DNA from: Cirrosporium novae-zelandiae | Taxonomy: Eukaryota | Direction: 5' to 3' | Length of the DNA: 63,666 nucleotides | Assembly (NCBI GenBank): GCA_026023565.1 | Contig: JAPETS010000014.1 | Span: forward strand, 620,001-683,666 | Part shown: piece after piece, positions 1 to 11,254 of the stretch | Position numbering within the stretch: the stretch's first letter is position 1 | Layout: every line of letters begins with the position of its first letter | Notes under the pieces: model-generated | Databases searched by the model: none | The model's input: only the letters and a program-made list of their open reading frames with translations | Told to the model about the DNA's origin: nothing | Made by a program: the position numbers and the translations under genes

Positions 1-2124
1 GAGAAATATTCTTTCGCCACCCATAATGTGGAGCACTCACTGCCTTCCCCAACTCCGTCTAGGCCTATTAGGTATTTAATGCCCTTATATCCGACAAAAC
101 ACGCAATAATAAATGAACTAATAATGGCTTGTTGCTGAATAGTACACAGCAGAACGATCCAAGCCACCCGCAATATCAGGATATTACACCCTCGATAAGC
201 AGCGTCCCCCCTGCCTCCGTTTATTCTTTGGCGGCAGAAACATACGACACAGGAACAACCTCAATTGTTCTCCCCCCTCTTCAGGATAAAGGAGCTTCAG
301 AAGAGTTTGAGAATCTCGAACAAATTGACGACGACGATCCACGTTCATTTGATCTAATTCCACCAGGAGAGGCGGGGCGACAAACATATTCACTAGAAAC
401 AAGATCCCAGCAGCTCTTTTCTCGTGAACATCTGAAAGTTATCTTCTCAGATCCTTCTCTCCTTTTACGTTTTACATCGTTTCTCGGCACATATCGACAG
501 CAATCAATTCCGATATTGATATACTATCTAGATGCACTAAAAGCTATCAAGGCAATAAATTATGCAAACGCAATTGCTGAAGCATTGGAACCAATTGATG
601 GTTATGAATTCACTTTTCGAACAGCAAAAACAACTAGTAACACGTCACTTGAAGAGAAGGCCAACCAAGCTTTCAAAATTTTAGTTGAACAGGACCTACC
701 GGCTTATATCACTCACGTTTACATTCAGATAGTTAGCTTGAGCATCACTAGGAGGATAACTGGCACCCTTACTCGTAATCTGAGAGAAGCTTCTGAGGGA
801 CTAGCGGAGGTCTTCTGCCTTACCGACCCTTCGAGACCTGATAACCCCATTGTGTTTGCTTCTGAAGGTATAAACCTGTTCCTTCACACCAGAGTTGATA
901 GTTGCTCATCTGTGTTATAGAATTCTATCGAACAACACAGTATGGTATAAGCTATGCATTAGGACGGAATTGTCGCTTTCTGCAAGGTCCACAAACGAAT
1001 CGATTAGCGGTCAAAAGAATCAGTGATGCAATCAAGCAAGGACGAAGCCATTGCGAGACATTCCTGAATTAGTGAGTACCATCAATGCGAAGATTATATG
1101 CATGAAATTAACCGGTATTTCTTTTAAGTCGGCGAGATGGTTCTCCTTTCATGAACCTCCTTATGGTAGCACCACTCTCCGACAGTCGTGGCAAGATTAG
1201 GTATTTCATTGGGGCCCAAGTCGACGTAAGTGGTATAGTCAAGGACTGCACCGAACTTGAATCATTACAGAAGCTTGTTGTGGAACAAAGAAAGAAGCGG
1301 ATGAGCCAGCCTCTTATCGTAGAGCCAGAAGAAGAGAAGGATGAATTTCAAGAATTGAGTGAGATGATGAACATGACAGAGTTAGAAACTGTACAGAAAC
1401 ATGGAGGTCGAATGCATCGAGAGCAACTGGATGATGAAGATGGCCAGGTGATACACAGTGTGAAGAAGTCAAGAGTGTTGGTCAAAGAACGTGATCCTTT
1501 TCCCAGTGGACTTTATGACCTCAGCAACAAATCAAATGGATTATTATCTGGTGTATATGAGAATGTAAGGGTTCAAAATCTCTGTGATTCAAGGTATACC
1601 TGCAATGCTAATCTTTTCTGAAGTACCTACTGGTTCGCCCGTACCCATCATTACGTATCCTGTTTGCATCCCCATCTCTTCGGGTTCCAGGAATTCTCCA
1701 GTCCCCTCTCATGAAGAAAATTGGAGGATCTCCCCAAATTCAAGAAGAATTGGCTACTGCTTTAAGCGAGGGAAGAGGGGTCACAGCCAAGGTTCGGTGG
1801 ATATCAAGGTACGATGAAGTAGGCTACAATCGTTGGATCCACTGCACTCCTTTGGTAGGTAGCAATGGTCAAATTGGTGTTTGGATGATTGTTGTGGTAG
1901 ATGACGAGAGAAGAGTCAGAATAAGGCAAGCACCTCCTGTTAAAAACTCGACGGGTGTGATTCGAGGAGATACTCTTGTGGATGAATATACCTACATTCG
2001 CACTGGAGGCGCTGTGCGCAAAATGACCAGAGAAGAAGCAATACTTGAGACAAGAGCATCCAGGCCTAATAGCAGACACTCGAGTTCTGTGAGGACGTCT
2101 TCCCCCTCCTCATTGAAGTTCTGA
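1..2124 (+). CDS. RGS-like + LOV (+ C-terminal PAS/PAC-like) blue-light photoreceptor, 5'-partial
   Basis: Exons <1-71, 143-867, 921-1071, 1129-1564, 1624-2124 join in frame over GT-AG introns. The spliced product contains the LOV core FCLTDPSRPDNPIVFASEEFYRTTQY...GRNCRFLQGP...LNYRRDGSPFMNLLMVAPL...YFIGAQVDV. The helical N-terminal region resembles the RGS part of fungal RGS-LOV proteins. Confidence 0.9.
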
Positions 2125-2538
2125 TTACCATGAAGGATCAAATGATCTGGACTAATACTATTGCAATTCCTATTCTCTTTCTTGCCTCATATTTAGCGTT
2201 GCTTTCTCTGGGGTTAATTTCCCAACCATAGGTATACCTGAAGGAAATGCTGGATTGGTTAAATGTGTGGGGGAGTTCTAGAGGGAACATGATTACATGT
2301 CGTGTAATAGCAGCACTGAGAGGATGTTTTAATCGCACAAGATTATAGTAGTTAATAACCATGGGTAGAAAGCTATAAAGCATCTCATAGTTCATGCTGC
2401 CGATAACCAGTATACCGTTCACAAATCGATAAAGTAGAATATATTACGTCTATCCAATTGTTCTCGGATGGTTGTACGCAAGTGGAAATGAGTAGATTAT
2501 GTGGTAAATTGCTCGGATACCATTTACCGCCCCCCCCT

Positions 2539-3502
2539 CTACTGGGCGTCACGCGGGCTTCCCCCTCCTAATAAAACCTCAATAGTGATATGGAGAGACC
2601 TTGGATTGTCCGGCTGCTGTATTCGGGGATCGAGCTGGGCGTACACTCCAAGAGTCTTAGCGCATGCGAGGAGCTGCGCTTCAAAGTCCGGGAAACCAAG
2701 TGTATGGAGGGCCGTCGCCGTTTGCACGCTGTCAGCGAAGGTGGCCGGATTGAACTGAATTGCCATTTCAACAAAAGCCATGACGAATGCGATCCAGTGC
2801 TTTGACTTCTTGCTGTCCACAACACGCCGGGAGCCCTTCGAAACTCGACGCTGCCGAAACCGCCTTCCTTGTATGGGTTGAAGTTCTAGGCTCGATACTT
2901 ATCCGTGCATATATACTCCACAATGTCGTCCTGGGCAGCGTTGTCAATATGATTGAAAATGTATGGACAGGATCTATCATGAGGTTAGTAAGTGCCTTGC
3001 TAAAAAAACCAAAAAAATGAGGCGATGGGAAAAGGGGACGATAACGAAACAATAGCTAAAAAGGACTTACAAAACTGATCCTTTATATGTTTTTTCGAGA
3101 GAGAACCCGCCAAGCGTGACATTCCACTTGGTATAGTCCGGTTTCTCGTCCGAATTGTCATCATATACATTGCACGGCATGCCTGAAATTGAAGAGCAGG
3201 GAGGCAATGATTTGAAGCAAGGCCGGATTGAAGTCGCGAGTCTCTCGTACGCTGGCATCGAAACCCGGAACCCGGATTGTCTGAGAAACATTATATTTCG
3301 GACGCACTATCAATTCAAACTCCGCGCCAAAGAAAAAAGGAAGGTAGCTGGACCTTTCGAGGTCTCCTGTTGGTACGCAGATGGGGGGGGGGATGATTTG
3401 GGAGGTCTCGTTCGTTGGGTCGGAGATTGAGATTACTCGACGAGAAGACACGAGAGGTTGTGCAGTTAGGGGTTGTATTGACTGAGAACGCGGTTTGGCC
3501 AT
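2539..3502 (-). pseudogene. Amidoligase_2 (COOH-NH2 ligase type 2)-like pseudogene
   Basis: Family-type motifs in changing frames: FFGAEFELIVRPK, DYTKWNVTL(x)GSLS, then intron 3070-2974 (GTAAGT/TACTAAC/TAG), YPV, then KYRA*NF and GSVEFRRAPGV..DSKKSKHWIAFVMAF. Frameshifts near 3190, 3105, 2965 and 2822, a TAG at 2886-2888, and the central region appears deleted. Confidence 0.75.
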
Positions 3503-3791
3503 CTTGAAGGGCATGTAAAAGTGTGCAGAAAACGCTTGTATGAATGTATGGCTGAGAAAGTTAACGGAGACGGGAGGGGGAACAAAATCAAGGGACAGAG
3601 TCCAGACATAGTTCATATAAGCTCTGATGAGCGCAAAGGTGGAATTGGATATAGAAACTGCGATTATTATGAGAACAACAGATCACCTTCATAGCACTTG
3701 CTACACTCGTAGGGGGAAGTATATCTCATGAATTAATTTATTTAACTATTCCATCGCGCAAACCCCCTCATACTTATATAGCTGGCTCGCG

Positions 3792-4594
3792 TCAATCAAG
3801 CACTCCTACAAAACGAAACGTGCATCCTTGGATGATTTTGTCGCCAATAAAGATAGTACATTGAACCACTTCATAATTATCGGTCTCGTAGGTTTGCAGG
3901 GTCTCCTCATGTTCTTTCGACATTACTTTGTATGCAGATCCATACACACAAGCATCTGATGGTGCATCGACTAGGGCTTTATATTTACCAGCCCAGGTCC
4001 CAAGCTTCCCCCCAGTAACGAATGCAGGTAGCAAGACCGGGGTTTCATCCTCAGGAAGGGAAAGTTTTTGAGAAAGGATTGAGCTAGAGGTTAATGTGCC
4101 GTAAAAAAAGTACCAGATAGGATACTGCCCTTGCGCTGGCTTAAATTTTGTGTCATCGTTAGCGGTACGATGGTGTGGGAGCGTGCTGTCTACTCCTAAG
4201 GTTGGAAACATGGAATTAGCAGAGCTACTCTGACATCCTCGGGGGTGCTCAAGGGCCCTTCTAGTTTAACTACATATGCTGTGCGCGCATGCGAGGCGGA
4301 TACCTTAGGGTGGACAACTGGGGTCATTCGTTTGGTGTTTCTTTCGAGTTCGTGCTCGTAAGCACTTTGGTTGTATCCTTTAGCCTCAAGGTCGGTACGA
4401 ATCATGTCCCAATGATCATTAGAAATTCGGCGTCTCGTATAATCGTTCATCTGTTTCTCGATCAGGCCGATGGCTTGTTCATATGAATACGAGAATAAAC
4501 ACTGCCATCTCTCGATTTCTTCAGAAGATGCTCTGCAGTCGGGTTCATTAGTAGAATTCAGGGCCATATTTTCAAGTTCTTCGAAGAAATCCAT
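3792..4594 (-). pseudogene. Gamma-glutamylcyclotransferase (GGCT/AIG2-like) protein, frameshifted
   Basis: The C-terminal ORF has YPIWYFFYGTL...GKYKALVD...VYGSAY...LQTYETDNYEVV (GGCT-like fold). The N-terminal ORF (4594-4196) is in another frame, with the switch near 4225. No in-phase GT-AG intron found that would restore the frame. Confidence 0.75.
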
Positions 4595-4599
4595 GGCTT

Positions 4600-5500
4600 T
4601 TTAGAATAAGAAGGCTAGTTGATTAATAGATATATCGTCACAGTGGGACTTATTTTTGGGTATAATCTTATAGTGAAAATATATAAATATAGGAGAATGA
4701 AACTAAATTAAAAGTAGAAATCACTGGGCTCTTAGTTTTATAAAAGGAAATTAGATTAATTGAAATCAAAATAAGTCATATATCTTGTGGTGGGTATAGA
4801 GCACATTCAATGAGTGGAGAATAGATGATATTTCTATGTTCTAGCTATAGTAAAGACGTCGTTTCTATCAACCTCCTTAGCGAAGGGGTCACGTCACCCT
4901 AAGCACCCGCTAACCATAACACCTTGAGTCATGTCTCTTGAGTTATATCTCTTAAGTCATGTCTAATGGATCATGTTTAATGAATCATTATTATGATTAT
5001 TATAATTTAATTTAATATTAACTATGTAATTTATAATGTAGTAAAGTAGGGCGACAACCCTACTTGCCTGTTCAACCAGGCAACCACTGGGGTGCCAAGC
5101 GAGGGTCAACTCCATCGGTGGCCCAGGGGTAATTATACTCCGTGTCGAGCATAAAGCGTATCGGGGGAATTTCATGTGTAGATAACTTTCTTTTTCCCTA
5201 TATAATTTTTACTATTGAATGCAATGAACAATTTCTACAAAGCTTATTTATTACATGGCCTCCCTTATTAGACTTTGTGGTTATTTCGTCAAGACTTTCC
5301 ATACTCCATGTATTCAGCGCCTCCCTTTTACCTTATACCAGACATGCGAACCCGCTCTACTACAATATAAATTTAAACAGTGATTTTTTGTATTTACAGC
5401 GATAGATACCCTAATATTTATCTATTTGATGTTGAATACTAATATTGAGGTAAAGATTTAGAAGGTTTATCTAGGGGTTTTGAAGCTGCAAGCCGCTACT
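4600..5500. other. AT-rich, probably RIP-degraded sequence
   Basis: TpA-rich stretch with no credible ORF. The embedded tandem repeat shows only CA>TA and TG>TA differences. Confidence 0.45.
4923..4964. repeat. 14-bp tandem repeat x3
   Basis: CTTGAGTCATGTCT / CTTGAGTTATATCT / CTTAAGTCATGTCT. Confidence 0.9.
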
Positions 5501-5908
5501 GCAGCTAAAATAATGCCCGCGTACACACTCAGTAGGAGAGAGATAGTAGGTGGTATCCGAGCAATTTACCGAATGAGTATATGTAGATCGATGCACAGAA
5601 TTGATGGTGGCATCAATATTTTCATCCAGATAAGGCGATCCGGGTTATTCCCATGGGTCACAGAACTAAGGAGATTTTGTCCACCAGTCACTTGGATTTA
5701 GATTATCCATGAATCTGTCTGTATGTATCTGCCACGGAAATTTAGACAGATATGATTCTGAATGGATGGGGTGATTATTGATTGATCTTGCGGATATAAA
5801 ACTCAAATGTTCTCACGTACGATGAAGCGGCAAGATCGGGAAAAGGATCGGGAACCACGAACAAAGCTTGGCACGCAGATCGTTGATGGAACCGCCGTTG
5901 ATGCCGTG

Positions 5909-5940
5909 GTGCCTGAGTGCCTGAGTGCCTGAAAGCCTGA
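5909..5940. repeat. 8-bp tandem repeat (GTGCCTGA)x3 plus one variant
   Basis: gtgcctga gtgcctga gtgcctga aagcctga. Confidence 0.9.
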
Positions 5941-6742
5941 AGCAGCTTTGTCGGAAATCAAATTCAAAATTTCCCTGACACACTTAACACGAGAGAACAG
6001 TCCTCAACTCCGATCAGAAACCACGAGATTGAATATCTATGTTTTCTAGACAAAGGATTCGACCACTACGAGCCAGAGCTGCCTCTATTACCTCATTGAG
6101 TGTCAATGAAGTGGTTGTTGAACAGGGCGTCGTCAGCTGTGGCCCTTGAAGCAAATCGCATCACCGGAATACCCCTGGCCGAAATCCGTCAACCTTTCGT
6201 GGTAGCGCATGTGCTTCGCAACCTTCCAAGGAATATGTTTTCCAAAAGACTGCCCTGGCAAGACAACAAAATCTTGTTGTAGTTTTTTTTTCTCTGCTTC
6301 CAAATCAAGTTTGAACATATAGAACTTTTCATACTAACATTTACTGAATCCAAAATAAAATAAAAAACCAAAAAAGTTATGAATTATAGGACCGCCTAAC
6401 CCACCTCTCCTCACCATCCCCGCTTGTTTACCTTTTAACATTTAATCCCCCCCGAACTGGAATATGGACTACTAGTACTGAGGTCCCTCGATTGTAAAGA
6501 GGTATGTCGATTGCCAATCTGCTGCACACAAAATTGAACTATTCACTACATTCATTCGAGAAACCTATCCTCTGATGCAGAGTCTTTTCAAGATAATCTG
6601 AAGGGGCTCTTCCCCTTGTATACAGACTAGAGAGTGAGAGTCTTCTGAGGAATCAACCTCTACTCTAAACACCGTGCTGACCTGTTTCATGGGATTAGCT
6701 AGTACATTGAGCCTTTCTTTCCACACGATATTTGTCGACGCC

Positions 6743-7975
6743 ATGATACCCTTTCCACGAAAATTTGTTCCTCTCCTTGCATTGGCAAGCCTTGTTGTCA
6801 TCCTCTTTTTCTCCCACAGTCTGAACTTTCGAGACACATGGCGTGACCTGCCACAATCCGTGGGGCTAGGGGAGGTCATAACGCCATCGACTAAGATAAC
6901 CCATGACGATACACCAAAGGAATCGAGTGCAAACTCCAAGTCACCTCAACCTGCGTTCCATCCCGGAACCCCTAAATCGGCCGGCAACTATAGTAGGATA
7001 TTAGTTGTCCCGAGGATGTCAAGTGAAGATACGACGTGGATCAAAGAAGAATTACCTGACCTTGACACGGCTATCTATGTAGCTGACGATCCATCAGCAC
7101 CGCTGCATCCACCGAAGAACAAGGGCCATGAGGTTATGATTTATTTGACCTACATAATTGATCATTATGAAGAGCTTCCTGATATCATGATATTCATGCA
7201 TGCACATCGTTATAGCTGGCACAATAATGATATACTCAACAATGATGCCGTGGAGATGATTAGTCGGTTGAGCAGTCAACGTGTAACAAGAGAAGGGTAT
7301 ATGAACATGAGGTGCCATTGGGACCCTGGCTGCCCAGATTGGATGCACCCAGGCAGGACACAAGAGGACATTAACAAGCAGGAAGAGACCATGCTAGCAA
7401 AAGCCTGGAGTGAACTATTCCCCCTAGATCCAATCCCAACAGTCCTTGCCCAACCTTGCTGCGCCCAATTTGCACTATCAAGGGAACGAATCCAAACAGT
7501 GCCCAAGGGTAGATATATATACTACCGGGATTGGCTCCTTCGAACGCCACTCAGTGATTATATTTCAGGCCGAGTCTGGGAATACATCTGGCAATATGTC
7601 TTCACGGGTGAGAGCACACACTGCCCAGTCATGCATATGTGCTACTGCGATGGATTTGGAGTCTGTTTCGAGAACGAAGACCAGTTTAAGTCATGGTTTC
7701 AACTCAGATTTAATTTGCGGCAGACTGAGGGGGAGCTATTGGAATGGCAAGCAAAAGCTAGAAGACTCGAGGAGGCCAAGGAAATGGGGCGACTGGATGA
7801 AGCATCATTGTTTGAGGTCCCGGAGACGGGAAAGGACGTTGTCCTCGCTGGGCGAGTTGCCACAATGAAAGAAGAACTCTACAAGCAAAAGGACATGGCA
7901 CTAGAAAGAGGGAATGATCCAAGGAACCGAGCAGAAGCATGCGGAAGAGAGTGGAAAGAGGGAGATGGATTTTGA
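6743..7975 (+). CDS. DUF3431 family type II membrane protein
   Basis: ATG at 6743 followed by a signal anchor (FVPLLALASLVVILFF). Motifs PKNKGHEVMIYLTYIIDHY, FMHAHRYSWHN, GYMNMRCHWDPGCP, QPCCAQFALS, GRVWEYIWQYVF. Confidence 0.9.
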   Translation: MIPFPRKFVPLLALASLVVILFFSHSLNFRDTWRDLPQSVGLGEVITPSTKITHDDTPKESSANSKSPQPAFHPGTPKSAGNYSRILVVPRMSSEDTTWIKEELPDLDTAIYVADDPSAPLHPPKNKGHEVMIYLTYIIDHYEELPDIMIFMHAHRYSWHNNDILNNDAVEMISRLSSQRVTREGYMNMRCHWDPGCPDWMHPGRTQEDINKQEETMLAKAWSELFPLDPIPTVLAQPCCAQFALSRERIQTVPKGRYIYYRDWLLRTPLSDYISGRVWEYIWQYVFTGESTHCPVMHMCYCDGFGVCFENEDQFKSWFQLRFNLRQTEGELLEWQAKARRLEEAKEMGRLDEASLFEVPETGKDVVLAGRVATMKEELYKQKDMALERGNDPRNRAEACGREWKEGDGF

Positions 7976-8973
7976 GACTTTGAACAACCCATCTAAGGCG
8001 GCACTCATTCCTCCGGAGCGTATTCTACCCAAACGTGTCGTTATCCCTGTACAAGTCATCGAGGAGATTGATGGATGGGACCTCGGAAGTCCAACTTCTT
8101 TCCTCATAACATAGCCTCGGTCACAGGTTAGTTCCTTCCTGGCCATGGGACTATTGTCACGTTAACCCTAGCTTTCGGAAGATTCGGGGTATAAGCTTGT
8201 GGAGGGAAGTTGGCATGGTAAGGGTGTCTACAAATTATGTACAGTGGCATATCATCTGATTCGAGAAATCATGGATGTGCAAACATAGAACATTGGCTGG
8301 AGTTATTGCATTGGGGGCGGGTATTGGATTGCCTTGAGCTGTTGTGAATGAGGGAAAAGGGTACGCTCATGGGTTCGTGGAAGGCGTTGCTATAGATGCC
8401 AAATAAGGCTGAACATCATTGTAGTGATGATTCCAAGCATCAAGAATTCAATAAGTAATATACTATCCTATCAACCAGAAATCCTTTGGATAGCTGGTAA
8501 TATCTATTAGCCATGTCCCGTAGTACTTGTAGTACTTGTAGCACTTGTAGGTTGTGAGGTAGTCTAATGGGTTCGGATAAGGAAAGTATGGTCCGTGCTG
8601 AAGACCGCTCGGTTAACTCTGATCGCTGCAATCTCAGCAAAAGCCGGGTTTCCATTCTCCAGGAACTCTCGTCATCTCCCAAAGCAAACGTATCAAACAC
8701 GTCCTCATAGCCCTAATCAAGGCTTCATATTCGACTTCATCATTTCATTTCAGCTTGAAAAGCATCGGCCTCGAGCTGGCCATTTGGCCTTCTTGCAGGA
8801 ATTGTAGGTATTGAACTTGATTGTTCTCTTGTTGCCTAATTCACAAGCACCACTTTCGAAGAAGATACTAACAATTCACATAGAGGTCATTACTTCTCCT
8901 CTGCTTGTACCAGAGTCTAGTTTGGTTTGGGTTGGCAGTTTGTCTTCTTTTATGTTGCCTCAGGACTTCAGTG

Positions 8974-10542
8974 ATGGCGACAAGTACAGCACCTTATTAC
9001 GGTTCCGCAATTCAGGGAACAAATGCAAGCGACCAGAATCATCAAGATGATAATAGAGACATCTACCCCGAAATCCCGCAGCAAGACGAACCTGCTCCTT
9101 ATTCTGTCCCCTCAGGCAATCCACATAATGCAAACCAAGATCGTCCAGATGGTCAAGACGTTGAAATGCCACATAACATAATTGATGGTCAATTATCCAA
9201 TCTCGTTGAGGCTGCCGCTGCCGCTGCAGGCCAAGAGAGTAGATGGGCTGCGCAAACGGACCGGCAACTACAGGACACCCCGACCCAACGACGATCTTCG
9301 AGAGCATCAGGTCATGATGGAATTCAAGAAAAGATATTTGACCACAATGGTATCCCAAATATTGGTATTAATGGTGGTCTTAACAGGGATGATGGTGCAC
9401 AAGCTAGACCGAGAAAGAGAAGAAGAGCTAGTTCATCTGAAGCGCATGGTGATAGCGCTCTAATGAATGCTCTCTCCCAAAATATGCAGCCAAACCCCCC
9501 TCAAGTTGAGGTTCGAGAGTTCCCTCCTCAACAATCAATATCTGATGCCCGTGCTGCGGGGGTTCATTCTGCTGCTGCACTGTTCAGACAACCCTCTGCA
9601 TCTAGCAAAAAATATACTCGTCCACCTATGTCAAAGATGTTTGCAGATCTAGAATTAAGCCCCGAAAACTTCTTACATCTACAGGCTGCCGCTAAAGCTT
9701 ATATGCTTAATGATGTACATCCCGAACGGAGAGATTGTGTTGGCCAGAGAGGGAAAGGCGATTCCGAAATGGTCAAATTGAGACTTTGGAACTGCGTTAA
9801 AGCTTTTCTTGAAGATGAAGGGAATGGGGAAAGGTATTTTGGGCTGTCGGCTGAGGCAAGTGAGACGAGACGGCTTCTGTGGCCGAAAGATGAGGCTCGG
9901 ATTATCACATTGGTAATACCGTTGTTGAGGCGCATGGTCACAAATGAGAGGCAAAGAATGTACGCGATTGAAACAAGGAAAGGAGGAGGACAAGCAGAAA
10001 AGAAGAGGAAGGTAGAAGCTGAAAACAGCCCTTCACCCCATCAGCAACACCCGGAACAGAACTTCTTTAACACTAATCCGCAATCTCCGCCAATCGCATT
10101 TATGGGCGCCACCTTGCAACAACAAATTGAGCGCTTGCCAATGCCTTTTCCACCACCGAGGCAGGATTCCGATCATACTACAGCACATCTTTCCGACTCA
10201 TCTGAAAAGGTTGCGCTTTCAAGAACTCCAACTCCACAATGCGATCTAATTATCAATATTCTAGTTGGCAACAGACGTGTTTGCCCACGCGTTGATATTC
10301 CTTCGACAATGTGTCCAGATCTTGCTTCCTTGAAGAAGAAAGTGAATGAGATATTCCCCCCTGAAAGACCTGACAATAACAATGAAAGCGAAGGATCCCC
10401 CGAGCGTGACATGAAGGTAAAGGTTTGGATGCCAGATGGACGCGTAGAGGTTGAGAGTGATAGTGATTGGACACTAAGCTTGTTGAATGCAACAGTTACG
10501 GAGTGGATGGACGGAGAGGTAAGGGTTTTAGTAGAGCTATGA
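8974..10542 (+). CDS. Conserved uncharacterised fungal protein, probably nuclear
   Basis: Single-exon ORF from ATG 8974. Basic NLS-like motifs RPRKRRR and KKRK. Ordered core HSAAALFR...KKYTRPPMSK...LRRMVTNERQR, and a compact C-terminal domain. Confidence 0.85.
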   Translation: MATSTAPYYGSAIQGTNASDQNHQDDNRDIYPEIPQQDEPAPYSVPSGNPHNANQDRPDGQDVEMPHNIIDGQLSNLVEAAAAAAGQESRWAAQTDRQLQDTPTQRRSSRASGHDGIQEKIFDHNGIPNIGINGGLNRDDGAQARPRKRRRASSSEAHGDSALMNALSQNMQPNPPQVEVREFPPQQSISDARAAGVHSAAALFRQPSASSKKYTRPPMSKMFADLELSPENFLHLQAAAKAYMLNDVHPERRDCVGQRGKGDSEMVKLRLWNCVKAFLEDEGNGERYFGLSAEASETRRLLWPKDEARIITLVIPLLRRMVTNERQRMYAIETRKGGGQAEKKRKVEAENSPSPHQQHPEQNFFNTNPQSPPIAFMGATLQQQIERLPMPFPPPRQDSDHTTAHLSDSSEKVALSRTPTPQCDLIINILVGNRRVCPRVDIPSTMCPDLASLKKKVNEIFPPERPDNNNESEGSPERDMKVKVWMPDGRVEVESDSDWTLSLLNATVTEWMDGEVRVLVEL

Positions 10543-11254
10543 AGATGCGAATTGACTAATTACGAGATATGGGGTGAATATCGAAGGCGTTCATATGAGC
10601 CTGGAGTTTCTGAGCACGCCCTTGCTACAGGACTAGCTATAATTTATAAGTTTCAGATACCTACTCAAAAATAGGAGTTGGGGGATACAGTTCTGAGATG
10701 CAAAACTCCATAACTGGGATACCACGATACAAAATTATTGCTCTTTGAATTTCAAGTAGTCTTTAGTTAGTCTAGTTCAAGGTGTCTCGCTGAAATAGGT
10801 TATCAGTAGATAATTATGATTTTAGTGGCTATCCGATACACAGACAGATACAGATAAGCTAACTGCTGTAATTAATTGCAATATCAAAAGGGTGTCCAGC
10901 TATCTTGGTCACAAGTCGAAATAAGATAATTATGTAGAGGATAGTAGAGAAAGTACATTGCATAATATTGATGTGAGGCTAATAGCTATGCAGAAAAGTA
11001 TCCTGGAAAAAAAATCAAAAATCAAAAATTAAAAAAAAAAAACTGTGACGGAGGGAGAAGCGGAAAAAGGAAAAAGCCTATCGGCGAAAGATTTATTTAG
11101 CGATGGCCCGTGCGGCCCTTTTGAGAAATTTCATTTTCTGTGTGAATTGCGAAGCGCAAATCCCCACCATCTTTCTATCTTATCCTTTACCCAACTCCCT
11201 CTCTCCCTCTCCCTTACCCTCAATATCTATTGGTTTTAAGTTGAACCCGCCATA

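Noticed and set aside
4196..4240. GT..GCTAAT..TAG mini-intron that might repair the GGCT frameshift
   Set aside because: Both candidate donors give 33- or 39-nt phase-0 introns leading straight to GAG TAG, and they would remove the PTLG segment.
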